DNA of 61,271 nt, filler included, from Bipalium vagum (taxonomy: Eukaryota): the NCBI GenBank assembly GCA_037834085.1. It is 3 parts of 3 records of this genome, joined end to end, with 100 filler letters (N's around TTAATTAATTAA, not from the genome) between each part and the next. Parts side by side here need not be neighbours in the genome. Positions count along the whole stretch, not along the records: positions 1 to 16,049 come from JBBMKC010130205.1; positions 16,150 to 36,759 come from JBBMKC010247533.1; 1 more part is not named here. One strand, written 5' to 3'. This document shows, piece after piece, positions 13,103-27,621 of the stretch. A program made the position numbers and the translations under genes. Below the pieces are notes generated by a model that was not told the origin of the DNA, did not search any database, and saw only the letters and a program-made list of their open reading frames with translations. How positions within the stretch are numbered: the first letter of the stretch is position 1; each line of letters opens with the position of its first letter.

Positions 13103-16049
13103 GTAAGGAGTGTTTGTTTTCCTGATTGAAATTAAACATTCTTCGTCATAAAAAAATGATAAAGATAAATAAATAATATTTCATTAAAATATTATTTTTT
13201 CCAAAAATAAGAATTTAATTTCGTTCTTATTATTACTAAATAATCTACTGAGGACTATTACATCGCCCAGACACCAATTTTTGTGCTTATGTTTTGATTA
13301 TACCATGTAAGAAAAATTTATTAAATGATTATAATTTTGCTATTTCCTGATTCTCATATCTTTAATCTTTAAATTTCACTAAAAAAATTCAAAAAATTTT
13401 CTTTTGTTGATTATAGTATTTTCCGGACTATAATTCGAAATGTAAAAAATTTTGTAAAATCCATATATTTTAATCTCGAGTTATATATGGATTTAAAGTA
13501 GTCATAATACTATTATATTCAATATTGACCTCAATATTATATTCTAAAAAAATAAAATGCTTGGTGCAGAATTAGTTTAAATTATTTATCTTCGTTTTCA
13601 AGGTCATTATGCATAAACCATTCAAAATCTTCATCGTCTGTCAATCTTAAATAACAAAGTTAAGGTAGCTGCAATATCTTGATTTTCTTTTTATCTTACT
13701 CAATCTCTTCTCGTTGCGCATTGGTGGTAATTTTTGCTTTTCTGAATCGTTCTAATACAGATATTATCACATCCCTTGCTAATCCGCTCAGTCACATGTG
13801 CATAAGTGGCGCATAGCACATGTCCACTGTCAGTGCAGCTGTGTTTGCGACAGTCAACCAATAATCTCACTGACGTCTGGGATTGATTTTGAAGATAAGG
13901 TTCACCGATATGTCTGAAGGCTAAAAAAATGTTTTAAATCGAAGTTTTAGTAGGATCTTAACAAAAAGATTTTAATTTATAGCTAAATAACATAGAAACA
14001 ATAAATACAAAAATATTTGAGTAAAATAATTTAAATAGGCTATATTATGACGTTAATCTTTATTTTCATGTTTTTGATAGGGGTTTCTAAACTTTTGATC
14101 AGTAGTGTAGTTTTAAGATAAATTTCAATTTTTATTAAAATGCACATATACACTCAATTCTCTTCTAATGAGATTTTGAAGTTATGCGGTTTATTTTTTA
14201 ATGAAACTATACTCTTTTTTATGCGACTTTTTCTAGTCCGTATCTACCGCATAAAAAGAGAATAGAGTGTAATTGGATAAGACATTATGAGAAAAGTTAG
14301 TTGAAGTGAAATATAAAATATCACATAAATATAACAGAAATTATTATTATATATGTTCTATTATCATATTAAATTATTATTATACTCTGTATTATTTTTT
14401 ACTGGTTATTTCAATAACTATTTAATAGAGATAGTATGATGAGATATTTCACAAAGATGATTATATGAATTATTTTAGTTATGATTAAAATCTGAAATAA
14501 ATAAAAATTTATTAAATTGAAAATGAAATTAAAATGCACCATACAAAAAACCTATTAGTTTAGAAATAATAGTAAACTAGTATATTGAGGAACATTTAGT
14601 TTTTTTTGTAACAATAGCCTAATATTTTATGTCACACTTAAATTGTCAAAAAGAAGGAAATATTATTACAATAAAAGTACTAACAAGAATAAGATTGAGT
14701 AATGCAAAATTGATTGTTATAAATTTCTCTTGTTATTGCGATTAATTGATTCCTTTTGATATTAGAAAATCTAAAATAACGTATTTATTTCGTATTAGAA
14801 AAGATTTGAAATTTCTTTAGTGGTTTTATAAAATTGAATATACTATGCTGGAGTAAAAGAATCTTGCAGTTTTGTATTAAATGACAGCTATTTAAAAAAA
14901 GTAAAAAAAAAATTCTTTCTTTTGTAAAAAATTCAATTGTATCCTTAATTTTTTGAATTTTTGATCAGAGAGAGGTCATTCTTTGAATACTGAGTTTTGT
15001 AGACTAGAATAGATGGTAGTTCAAGATTTGCCAGGCCTCGTCTTCTAATTAATTCCTTACTATTAATCAAGCATATGATCTAGTGTTATTGTGTTGTATG
15101 TTTATTTTTTCTTGTTTATTATCTTTTTTTTCGGTCAGGTCTCATTTCAATCATAATAATTGGAATCAATCTTGTATTGGACTTATTCTTCCTCATAGTT
15201 GAGTACTCCAGAGTAAATAAAAAATTATTGATTTGCATAACTTTCGAATAAAAAATTATGCTTTATTGGTGATGAAGTTTTCATTTAAGATAATCTAAGA
15301 TACCTGACGTAACAATTCCATGAAAAAATTTTGTTTATGTTTATAGACCAAAACCTCAACAAGGAATTTTCAGCGTTTAATCTCAATTAATTCGTAAGAC
15401 CTAATTAATGAAATATTCTTTTAGCTTTCAGATATAGTGTAACATTGTTAGGTAACACACAAAGGATCAGTCAGTTCAGATTGGCTGTGTTGATTATTGA
15501 TATCATGAACGAATTTATAATTTTATCTATTGAAAAAGTAGATTCACGTCAACATACTTATTTATATTAGAAATTTTTAAACGAAGGATTTTTCAAGGTT
15601 TCATATTTATAATTTATGAAAATAGTGAAAAAATTAACGAAAACATAACTGAAATATGCTAAGTTTAATAAATATTTACACACCTTCAAGTATTTATTAT
15701 TGATAATTCACTAATTTCAATTCACAATCAGTAAATAATTCGGTTTTTGATTTTGTTTATACATCAATAAATGAATAATAAAATTTCTGGTTTCACTTAT
15801 TATAAACACATTTTGAAAAAATCATTGATAACTAAAATTTCTCTATATAATAAAGGTGTCTTTACTATTGGCATGATCTAAGAAAGGAAAAGTTGATATA
15901 TTCAAAGGATTAATTTTTAAATACAATGTATTAAAAAAATATTAAAATTTTTATTGTAATTTATAACATTTTAATATACTCATGCTCAAAAGTGTTAGCC
16001 ATGTAGAATTTATTACCAAAAATAAAGAAAATGTTTTATTTAACTGTTT

Positions 16050-16149
16050 NNNNNNNNNNNNNNNNNNNNNNNNNNNNNNNNNNNNNNNNNNNNTTAATTA
16101 ATTAANNNNNNNNNNNNNNNNNNNNNNNNNNNNNNNNNNNNNNNNNNNN
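16050..16149. other. Assembly gap with artificial all-frame-stop linker TTAATTAATTAA (16094-16105)
   Basis: 44 N + TTAATTAATTAA + 44 N. An identical construct occurs at 36760-36859. Confidence 0.95.
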
Positions 16150-17060
16150 TCAACACCAAAGTTGAACACCTGTTTTGGAGAATGATCAACATNNNNNNNN
16201 NNNNNNNNNNNNNNNNNNNNNNNNNNNNNNNNNNNNNNNNNNNNNNNNNNNNNNNNNNNNNNNNNNNNNNNNNNNNNNNNNNNNNNNNNNNNNNNNNNNN
16301 NNNNNNNNNNNNNNNNNNNNNNNNNNNNNNTATTATATTTTTTTACTTATTATATTAGTTTTATAATCATACTATATACCATACATACAGGAAAGACAAT
16401 TTCATGTATTAATGAATTAAAAACTTCTCTGTTATTTAGAGGGGTTCCTATGCCCTTATTTTTTGAACTATTTGTTTTAATATTCTATTGACAGCTTAGT
16501 AAATTGAAGATATCTTGTCAATTATTAAATCGATGGGATATCTAAAGTGACCAAGACAAACCTTGATCATTTTAATGTTCATTTCATCTTTGACAAATAT
16601 ATATTATATAATAGTTGTATAATATGTATATATGTATAATAGTTGGCCTAATATATCAATGTATATTTACTTCGTAGGGTGAATCAAATAGTTCCGGGGG
16701 TTAGTATATTAAAATAAAACCAAAGATCAATAAAACTTACTTTTACATATATTTACACGAGCTGAAAACAATTTCCCAAACTTTATTATCAACCTTCTAT
16801 ATCTTCTCTATAATTAAATGAGGTAGAAACAGCCTTATTGATCTCTGAATACAAAGAACTTGTTCTTAAATTCTGGAAACAAAAGGGAGTGAATCTTTTT
16901 GAATGTAAAGAAGGTTTTTGCATAAGTAGCATACATTTTTGCAGGACTAACAGGGTTTTTCAAAATACTTTGTACTTTATTTCAAAATATTTTGTAAATA
17001 AATTAATAATTGTTTTAACTTAGGACTTATTTAAAAATTATCATTAGCCTTAAAAAGAGC

Positions 17061-18018
17061 ATGACAAATAATATTCCAAGAGAAAACAATACAACTTCAG
17101 ACGATGTAAGAAAACTAATTTGCAAAAAATATACCAATGGCAAATTAGTGTGGAAACTGAGGTAAAATATTCAACTGTTGCTCAAATCATTACTAAGTAC
17201 AAGAAAAATGGTTTAAGTGATGCCGAGAAAAAAACTTGTGGACATAAAAAGAAGTTAAGTCCAAATGAATCCAAAATAATAAAAGATTTGATATCAAAAG
17301 ATTCCTCCGTTACTTTAAGTAAAATTAAAAGTAAAATATGTAATGTGTATAAAAAAATATTTCAGAAGCAACAATCCTCAGAACTATTAAGATTTTTGAA
17401 TATAGTTATAAAAGAATAGAATTAACACCGATTTGGCGCAATATCGAATTCAATATTGAAATAAGATTCATTTATGCAAGAAAGATGCTAGAAATACTAT
17501 TTAATGAATTGCTACTTTTTGATGAAATGGGGAAAAGGTATGGAAGAGGTCAATTTGGTGTAACTCCAAGGAAGAATATTACAACCATCCGTAGCAGAAA
17601 TATTTCGATTGCACCAGCAATTGTAAAAAAATGTCTTATATATTTCGAAAATAGTAATCCTGCATATAATGGGGAGTCATATTGTAATTTTAAAAGTAAT
17701 CTAATTCAAAGATTAAGAACTCCTAATTGAGCAAACATGATTTTTATCTGCGACAATGTTCCATTTCACAAAAATGAATCAGCTCACGAATTAATTATTA
17801 CTAATGGACATCAACTAATATTTCTACTTTAATACAGTCCACATTGGAATTCAATCAAGGAATTATTTAGTGCATGGAAGGAAAGGATAAGATCTGTGAA
17901 TATTACAAGTCATGAAGAATTATTACTTGCTTTGTCTACAGCTTCAGAATTTATAACAAGTGATCATTGTGTTCATAATTTTAATCATATGCATGGATTT
18001 CTGATAAAAAAGCTCTAG
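17061..18018 (+). pseudogene. IS630-like/Tc1 DDE transposase pseudogene
   Basis: ATG at 17061. HTH region VKYSTVAQIITKY, then FDEMG, RYGRG...IRSRNISI, ICDNVPFHK and FL..YSP..N.IKELFSAWK. Frameshifts and stops (ORF fragments 17120-17419, 17485-17730). Confidence 0.8.
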
Positions 18019-18362
18019 CAAGAGAAGACTTTTAATATGTAATCAAGTATGTAGTATGTACGTGTTAAATAAAATAAAGTACAAAGTATTCTGAAAAACC
18101 TTGTAACAGTATTAACAAGTGCACCTAAAGATTCTCTGTTAGAAATTACATCTTTAAGAGTGGCCATAAATTTATTGAACAACCTTTGAACCGTGATCTT
18201 TAATAAACACATTGTTCTTTTGGTTAACATTTAATTCAATTGATCAATGAATTGGGTGACCTGCTCTGTGGAATTAATTATCGTTACTCGACTCTCATGG
18301 TACAGATCCTGCTTCACTCTCGTATCAAGTTATATTGATATTCAATTATGTACCTGAATATA

Positions 18363-18681
18363 TTAGGTTGTAACATATGAAATGTCCGATTGTGTAATAA
18401 ATAATAAAATCAATAAAATTCCAATAAAATCGAAAATCTATTTATTTAAATAATTGCCCTTTGATTCTTCAGATGTTCGTCACAAGAAAACTATATTCCG
18501 AATACCATTAGTGTAAAATTCGAAATTTCTTGACTACATGAAATCGAATTGGTGAAAAAAGTAATATAAATTTCAAGCTTCAAAACGACATGTAAATCAT
18601 TTTTATAGGCTAATTGTTACACGTTAATTATTATTTTTAGAAAGTTGTTTAAATTCGGATATTTCATTTGGTATATCCTAA
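18363..18681. mobile_element. mariner-derived MITE
   Basis: TA-TTAGGTTGTAACATATGAAATGTCCGA ... TCGGATATTTCATTTGGTATATCCTAA-TA imperfect ~27-bp TIRs with TA duplication. Confidence 0.75.
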
Positions 18682-19426
18682 TAAAAGTGATCATCATCAT
18701 CATCATCAACATCATCATCAATCTCTTTAGCACATTAATATAAGTGAGTACCCACTAATTCCATAGATATTCTCTTCTCAATGAGACAATATCTAATGTT
18801 TGGTGTTTGTGAAACCGTCTTCATTATATTATATATTTATTCCTATTAAAAAAGCTTTTGCAGGAACAAAAAGTGATTGTTATTATGATCAGAGTCTGGC
18901 AAAAAAGACGGTTGGATTTCATCATAAAAAGAAGATTTCCTGGAGACCACGGTTTCGAAAACAAAGATTTCCAGTACAAACTTTGGTAAACAATACATGA
19001 GTGGTGCCGAAAGTTGAGAAAATTTTGTTAAGTTTCACATAGCATTGTAGTGACTAGAAAATCTTTATTGCTTTTTTGAAATTCTTAATAAATGTTTTGT
19101 CTAAGATGCACCTCACCAAGTACCACCATCAAAGGTTACTGGTTATACATGAATACGATAGTTTAGTAAATGTTTGCTTATAAAAGTAAGGTCTGGTCGG
19201 TATGGATAAATATCACCAAAGGTACTTGAGGTGCACGGACAAGATTGTTAAGAAACACTAGCAACTTTTTAAAAAATCATAAATGAAAAATAATTATTTA
19301 TATTTTGTTTAAATGATTATTTTAAAGATTTCCTGTAACAAGTTGTTGTTATTGTGCTCGATAATGAAAATTAAAACCGTTCCTATTCAAACATTGTGGA
19401 AAAGAGTTATTTGATTTCTATTTAAG

Positions 19427-19954
19427 AGTAAAGAAGACATCGGCATCATTCTCATCTCAATCTGTTTCCAAAGAAATGTGAAAGCCGATGTAGTCACAAT
19501 AGGAGACTTAAGGGGACTGAACTTAAAGTTGGACCCAAATGATAGTACGTTTCACAATTCGTTAAACATTTTAATTCAATTTCAGTTTTATTAACAGTGA
19601 ATTATTTATGATACTTGTATTATTACGATTTTAGGTGGAGTTTATATCAAGGTTTCTCTGATGAACCTCAAACAAGAAGTCAAGACCGAAAGATCCAAGA
19701 CAGTTAAACATGATATTAGAAACCCATCATTCTCGTCGACAGAATTTTCTTTTGAAATTAATAATTCAGATTTAGCTCAAACGTGGTTAATTGTAAATGT
19801 TTGCGGTAGAAATGTCTTTGGTATCAGCCATATGGTAGGAAGGGCGTTGTTCGGATCGATATCATATGCTGATAAAGATGGAAGCAGTCACTGGTCAGAT
19901 GCTTTAACAATGAAGGGTCGTGCCATTTATAAGTGGCATAAGCTGAGCGTGTAG
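19427..19954 (+). CDS. SYT15: Synaptotagmin-15-like protein, last two exons (19427-19544, 19635-19954), C2B domain
   Basis: Exon SKEDIGIILISICFQRN...LRGLNL A|gtacgt, then a 90-nt intron, then ag|GT GVYIKVSLMNLKQEVKT...GRALFGSISY...HWSDAL...IYKWHKL*. The C2B pattern with the terminal WHxL motif resembles recalled SYT15 (GVYVKVSLMNHNKFVK...GRVVVGPYMY...HW...RWHAL). The first acceptor is uncertain by a few nt. Confidence 0.8.
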
Positions 19955-20928
19955 AGAGATTTTCAAACCGGAATTAATATTTGAAAAAAATAATGTTTGT
20001 GCTGGAATAATAATAAATAATGCTATCGATTATTTATAAAATAAAAATTATTTAAATCGACTCACATTTTATTGATTTCGTTTTTTCAACCAATCAAAAT
20101 TGTTTTAAAAATATTCTAATTATTTTACAAATTATTTGTATTTTTTGTTAATTAATAATGTTTACCAGTTTTAATTTCATTAAAATAATATCTCGAATTT
20201 TTTTAGGAAATCATTATTTTAAAAAGAAAAAAAAGAATAAAAAAATGAATAAGAAAAAAATATTTGAGAATAATTACTGAATTAAATTTCTAAATAAATT
20301 AATTAATAAAAAATTAAACCCAGAATAATAAAATAATGGATTGAATTTTTTCTTTTATATCATCAGGTTACAAATAATAATGAAGAAAATCTTTTTTTTA
20401 AAAAAAAAGAATCACTTTAAAAAATATTGTCTAAAAAAATAACAATATTTTTTCTCTCATTTTCTTTTGGATTTCACCTTCATTTCTCCTCATCCGCTGA
20501 ACCAAATACCCAAGATAGATTTTATTTATTCATGCAAAACGAAAATGAAAATGAATTGTATAAAATCAAAGACAATATTTCTATATTCGCACTGTCTTGG
20601 ATCGTTTTTTCGACGCGTTTTTTTCAAAAAATAATATATTATTATTATTATTTCTATCATTTTCCTTAGTAAGAAATAGTAAGATGTTTAAAATTCCAGT
20701 CTGATTTTATGTAAGCAATTCTTAATCCATGGAGAAAAAGAATAAAACGTTTAAAAAACTAAAAAAAGATTCTCTCTGGTTTAATAAATATAATCTGAAA
20801 GCTTTACATATTTACTTTTATTCTCTGTTTCCTTAACATATTGTCGGACAACATTGGAAATTGCTATCTTAGAACGTCCATGTAATTTTTCATAAGGTAT
20901 GTCCATGATGGAAAGTACCATGAATGTG

Positions 20929-21824
20929 TAGGGTGTTTCAAAAAACAGTGCCTTTTTAAAAATTCTAAACTATTCAAAATATCCAAAAGAAAAATAAATA
21001 GGTATATTTCTCAAACAGAAACAGTCAGATATAATCCTCATGCCTTTTGATTACCGTATGAAGGTGATTTTTTAGGTGTTCGAATTGTGTGGACAGCTTC
21101 AATTTTAAATATTCCGAGAGAGAAGTAATATTCGGAGCTTGTATTTTTCTCCTGTCAAATTTTATATTTGTGAACAGAAATCTGATCAATAAATTCATAT
21201 ATGGAGAATAATGTGGTTTTATAATTTTAATTCCATTTTTTTCTAAGAAGACATTTTTCATGACAACCACATGGTAAAAAAATGCATGAGGTCTAAATGT
21301 CCAACTGTTTTCATATCCAAGATTTGTTTGAAGAAAATTTTCTTAAAGTTCAACATTTATGAATTGGTAACACTCTAAAACCTGAAGTTGAAAATCATCA
21401 CAAAATTACAGGCAATAATTATATGAAACTTCATGTCTGATATTATTCTGCTGGCAAGTGTTGATTGGTCATCACCTGCCTCTACCGAGTATGAATTATA
21501 CTGTCGAGAAGTTGAAGGATCACTATAAGTTTATTTTTTCTCAACGACCACAGTATAAAGGATCAGAAGTAAAATTTTTGCTAATCTCAATCTTTATACC
21601 ACCTTGTAATCCTATATTATTCGATGAGGAACTCACCTTGCATGAACCCAACTGACAACAGTTTTCAGACGCGATTCGGTATACATAACTAATGCCGAGA
21701 TTTGTAAGGTCAGGTATTTCTCTAATTGATAACGCACAATCCTCGTCCAGCAGCGGTTTCAACTTTGAATTTTTCCACATTTCAGAAAATTTTCAAATCT
21801 ACTGTTTTTTAGAAACACCCTGTA
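20929..21824 (-). mobile_element. Decayed mariner/Tc1-superfamily element with TIRs
   Basis: TAGGGTGTTTCAAAAAACAGT ... ACTGTTTTTTAGAAACACCCTGTA inverted repeats. Minus-strand remnants EDCALSIREI...YVYRI and PHYSPYMN. Confidence 0.75.
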
Positions 21825-23149
21825 CTCAATATGTATAATAATTGGTTTATTTACATTTGTTAATTGTGATAATCAATATTATGAAAAAAATATTTGAAAT
21901 TTATCAATACTGAAGTTTTACTTGCTGAAATGTTAAAAATGTAGGACCCCTGCTAGAGTCAGCTTTTTCAAAACCTCAACCTGAAAAACAAGCAAAAACC
22001 GAAAACCGAAAACCTAATATTGTTTTCCCATAGAAATAAAGGGTTTTCTCAGATTTTCTTTGATGGATTTCTATTTGAAAGTCCTTTGTGTATGCTGATC
22101 CTATCAAATGTTTGAGAAGATATTTTCCAAAAGAGGTTTGATTTGTAAAAGTAAAATTAAAATTACTGATCCTCAGCTACTGTTTTTACTCAAAATATGA
22201 GAATATCTGTGCCAGGACATTTTCAGGATATCGTTCTTTAAGGGTTTTTTCAGAACCAGAATTATCATTTTTCTAAAGAGGATGACATATTAAAAAAAAT
22301 TTAATGTCGCGATTAATCTTTGAATTAATCATATTTATTTTGAAAGAGATCACATAAATTTTGATAATTAATACAGTTTTTATTGCTTGTCAAGCAATCT
22401 CAAACAGTTTTTCATAAAGTGCTTTCATTGCTTTCCTATGAATTGCAACAGGTTTTTATTAATGTAAAGAATTTTTTATCTAATTTTCCTGCTTCAATAA
22501 TTTAAATTTAATTTAATTTTAATATCTTGTATATTTTGTACCATTTTCTTTTTTTAATAATGTTTATTTTAAGGAAGATTTTCTTTAATATTCATTTCGA
22601 TTCTGATTGGATAATTATTCTTAATCTATGAAAAATCGAAGTTCATTCAGTTTTGATTTTGATTTGTCTTACATTGATCTTTGGATGATGTTTTCTGATC
22701 AAAAATGCTTTAGGTTTTCCTTTTAAACTTGGTGTCTTTAAGAAAAATCATTATTAATTTTTTCTGTTTGCGAATTTTTCTAATTAATATTAAATATAAT
22801 TAATTATATAATGCTTTTACAAAATATTTATTTATTTTTTCTGAAATTATTTAAAAACTTAATTGAGAAATTTATTAAAAATAATTTATTTAAATATCAA
22901 GAATATAGTTTTACCTTTTGAAAAAAGCAAGAATTAATATTAAGTAGGTAAGAAAATGATTGCGTTTTTTATATATTCAACCTATATAGATATTTTGAAG
23001 ATAAGGTTGCTTGAATTCATTGATTTAAATACGATTTGAAAGCGCAGAAATTATTTTACATTTCCATAGGTTTTACTTTACTACTATTACTTATCTCTAT
23101 TATATTTTATTTGCGGAATTCATGTTCGAAAATTTAAATTATAAGAAAA

Positions 23150-24130
23150 TGCACTGTACGAGTTCAAATTGAACAATAATGATACAGAAATCTTTCAGGA
23201 AATCAATAAAGTATTCTGTGTGGAAACAGAAAAAGTGTGCAAAGTTTTTAAATCAAGTCATGCACGTTCTTCAGCAGTTGACAATGATGGATCGAGACAG
23301 ATCTTGGTCAAAACCAATTCAGGTACAAAGGCTCAGAAGCTTGCAAAAAATTATGAGTCAGTCATCCCATAATTTTACACCACTTCTGCAAACTAGGGAA
23401 ACATCAAAGCCAGGAAATTTTGTGTCTCATGAATTGAACAGAAATGTCATTGCTATGAAATATGCTCCACGGTTTTGTTGCGTAACAACAGCAATTCATT
23501 TCTTCGTTGTATTGTGACCTGTGATGTGAAATAGACAACCGTCGGTGGTGGTTATAGGCAGTGGATGTGGGCTAAACTCAACTCCAGGTTGCAAAGTTTA
23601 GATTGCTCCAAAAGAAGATCATTGTGTCGATTTTGTGTTCCATGGTCAGTCTGATTCACTAAAGCTTTTTAAACCAGAGATAATTTATAACATCAGAAAA
23701 ATATTGTCAAGAAGTCTTGAAACGCACAAAAATTCCAATATTTGTGCTCGTATTATTCATCAGAAGAAAACCCATAATTCTTCTTGAAAATGTTCCACCA
23801 AATATTGTAAAACGATCCCTACAAAAGGATATGAAAGTCTATCTTATTCAGCATACTAGCTGGATCTATCGTCTAATGACTACCATTTTCTTGTCATCTT
23901 TCCCACTTGCTGTAGAAAAAAAATCCTCTAAAACAACAGTGCTGGTCAGAATGCTTTCCGTGCGCTTATCAATTCCATATTCCTTCTATGTCATTGTAAC
24001 AAATAAGCTTATTTAATTTTGTCAGAAATATGTTACTTGTCATATGACTTATATTTTGAATTAAAAACTTTCTTGTCTTCGAAGATTTTTATTAATAACA
24101 ATCTCTTCTGAACCTGTTAGGTAACTTAAT
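23150..24130 (+). pseudogene. Decayed mariner transposase
   Basis: Remnants FVSHEL (WVPHEL-like), KKIIVSI, PIILLEN and AY.LDLS.NDYHF. Boundaries approximate. Confidence 0.65.
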
Positions 24131-27100
24131 AGTTACAAAAACATATCTAATGTCTAAAATTTTTAAAAAATAATAATAATTATTATTATTTTAATTTTTA
24201 TTATCAATCTCATAATGAACTATAATTAACTTACCATTATCATCTGATTATTATAACATATCAGATCAAAGTTTTCTTTTCTACCTACCTCATTTGACGA
24301 GGTCAGTTTACAGAAAAATAAATAATAGTGAGAAACTAAATTTCATACATTTTTTTTAATAAAATCAGTTTCCAGTCTTTTTGTTTACGTCTGCAGCTTG
24401 ATACGGTTTCTAAAGCCATTCTTTGTGTCGACTCTGCTTCCAAGGCCTATGTGTTTTACACAGGATACTTTCGTTCAAACTCGTCCAAAACACACTGAGA
24501 AACATCCCAATAATCATTATCTCCACATACACTATTCCAAATGCATTCTTCCCTTGGCAGATACAGAACGGAAAGAATGGACGGTATTTCTCTCCAGAAC
24601 AGTCTGTATGTCGAATTTTTGCATCAAATTTGTCTCTCTGCTGCCTAAAATTCTCTTTCTAATATTTATGGAAATACTCCTTTCGACGAAAGGAGATTGA
24701 GAAACATTGCACTATCTTTTGTCCAAACCAGGTTTCAAGAACAGCGTACAGGTACTTTCTTCGGGAATAAAACAGCGAATTCTCTTAATAATGCCACTGA
24801 AAATTCGAGATCGTTTCAAATCTTTGTTGCCCCAAATCACAAAAAAGGCGCCTGTTATCAAATGTAAGTTTCGATGTAAAATTTCAAGTGACAATTTCGT
24901 ATTATTCTATTCTTATTTATTTTTCTACTTAAAAATAGCGAACGTTGTACTTTTATAATAACTGTGAAAATTTACTCAACAGAACTAATTTCTCCGTGAT
25001 TTACAACACGGTTATATCAAGGGTTATAATTACAGGATTCCGTTCATTATATTCTCCATATTACAAAATGATTGGTTTTCTTTCTAATTTTATGATCAAA
25101 AAATATTTTTGATTTATTATTTGTACCGGGGGACGGCTTAAATTTTACTTGGCAACATTAATATTTAAAATTCTTTAATTTTGCAGCTTTGTTTAGCTGA
25201 GCTATTGACTGATGTGATTTGATGAGTAATATTTGAAATGGACAATTAATTACGTTGCATGTATACTTATGTATCGTTGATCAAACACGCATAGGTTAAG
25301 TACTGAGGAAATCCTGATTTTATTCTAACTTTTCCAATGAAAAGTATTTGAGAAATCCTTGGAATATGATTTGACCTAATATTCTGAAGTATTTCTGATT
25401 TTCTACTTTACATCAGTTCTTGGCAGTTTCACAATGGTTAATGTAGATCTTCCCTGGAAAGTTGATTGGAAGAAGAGTTATTTTTTATCGAAGTCACGTG
25501 AATGTCATGAAAATTTGTATGCGTGGGTCATCTTAAACATTTTTTGTACTTCGATTCATACACATAATCTTTGAGGATCCGCCAGATATAAGAAATCTTT
25601 CTTGAGATCTTTGAAATATTTTGTTCCTACTTCACAACACCCTTACAATGAAGCTAAAGATGATCATTTTGAAAAAATATCTTCGTTTTTATTATTACTT
25701 AATGTTGTGAGAATGGAATAATTTTATAATAAATAATTAAAAGTATCTGAAATATAATGGGTCCTTTTCTTTAGATAGTATACTTAAAATCACTTATGTT
25801 CCAAGATGAAATAATATGACCTTGACAGATTGTCTTCTTTTTAAAAGGAATAAAAAATTTAAAAAATCAATATTCAAGAAACACTGAAATATATTAGAAT
25901 GTGAGGATCAAAGACTGAGTATGATCGACTTAAACCATTTGATCCGTGATAAGACAAGATAATTTGTAGTTCAGTAAATCATCACCTTCGTAGGCCAATG
26001 ATTATGATAATAATTTTCGATTTATAATTAATATTCTTTTGAAAGTTGGAAACAGAAAACCAATGTTTAGGAGGACGGAGTTGGGAATTAATGAGAGACA
26101 TTAAGAAAAAGAATTTCTCAATTGGAAAAAATCTCAACCATTTTATTATTTTCTGTTTTGAAAGATAATTATATTAATAATCATTGGTAATTTAATATAA
26201 TTAAAATGACTTACTAAAATCATTTGTTGTCCGAGAAAAATTAATTTAAGCGTAGAAAATTAATAATTATTTATTTTTGAGGATGAGAAAAATTATTAGA
26301 GGAAACACATAGCATCAGATATTCCATCTCAGATTTCGTGGAATATTAATCATTTTCATTTTATTTTATATTTATATTTATGTTTTTTGGTTTTCATGAA
26401 ATATATATGTTTATGTTCTTCGTTTCTATAGAAATAATTAATTATATTTATAATTAATAATTTTATATATATTTTGATTATAGCTGGCCATTTTAATTTT
26501 TCTCTTAATTATATTATACAAAAAATATATAATTTTTATTTATAAAATAAAGATTTTGTTTAATTTTTCTTTGGAACTCTTAGATAAATATATCTAATAA
26601 NNNNNNNNNNNNNNNNNNNNNNNNNNNNNNNNNNNNNNNNNNNNNNNNNNNNNNNNNNNNNNNNNNNNNNNNNNNNNNNNNNNNNNNNNNNNNNNNNNNN
26701 NNNNNNNNNNNNNNNNNNNNNNNNNNNNNNNNNNNNAAAAATCAAAAAATAATTTAATATTGTTATTTTATTTATTCTTAATAATTAAAGAAATGTTTAA
26801 ATAAACATTAATAGTTATTATAAGAGTTAAATGAAAACAAGGTTTTATATATATTATTTTCAGTGAGATTTCCGGGAAATTTTTCACAATACTTGTATTA
26901 TATTTAATTAACATGAAACCCAAGATTCTGTTATCAGATTGTTGTTGCGCATTCGACTGGAAATGTTAATTAAAACATATTCTCAAGATTCTGGGTGTTA
27001 ATGTTGTTCGAATAAAAATTTCTTAAATTAAAAAATGTTTTTTCATAAATTTCTAACTGCTTTAAAATTTTGCTCCTCCTGCTCCTTTATTATTTATTAT

Positions 27101-27189
27101 TTTTTAATATTATTAATAAAATATTTTTTAATAAAACAGAAATAATCAATAATTTTAAGTAAATGATTAAAAATAAGTTTTCAAATTAA

Positions 27190-27621
27190 TAGAAACATTG
27201 GAAATGAAAAGGATTGCTTCAGATGTCCGACAACTATTCTCTGGAATACATTAAGTTCATCAGATAATCTTCGGATACTAATCGACGGATTATCTTCAAC
27301 TTATTTCCGTAGTTTTGCACAATTCATTTTAATAGGTCTACCTGGACATGGTTGATCTTGAAGATCGCTTTCACTATGATTAAATGTTTTAAACCACATT
27401 TGAGCTACACAAGTTGATAAAACAACTTCACCTTCCACTTCGCATATTTTTTCAACAACTGAAATCTTGTCTCCAATAATGTCAAAGAATCTTGGCTACT
27501 TTAAGAATATTTAATTACTCTCAAGATGGTGTGTCACTCAATTTAAATGTTTTTAACTATTTATTAAATTCCTTTGAAAGAGTTAAACAAAACACGAGAT
27601 CATTTATGACTCACCCTAATA
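27190..27621 (-). mobile_element. mariner 5' fragment
   Basis: Minus strand reads VAQMWFKTFNHSESDLQDQPCPGRP. TIR-like TATGACTCACCCTAATA at the right end. Confidence 0.65.

Noticed and set aside
16094-16105. Palindromic TTAATTAATTAA as a biological element
   Set aside because: It is centred in a 100-nt N-gap and repeated identically at 36804, so it is an assembly linker.
18250-18340. ELGDLLCGINYRYSTLMVQIL, resembling the start of a C2 domain upstream of the SYT15-like exons
   Set aside because: No convincing acceptor, an in-frame stop follows, and the rest of a C2A domain is absent.
24398-24958. Cluster of overlapping short ORFs
   Set aside because: No recognisable motif or consistent exon structure; probably a decayed repeat.
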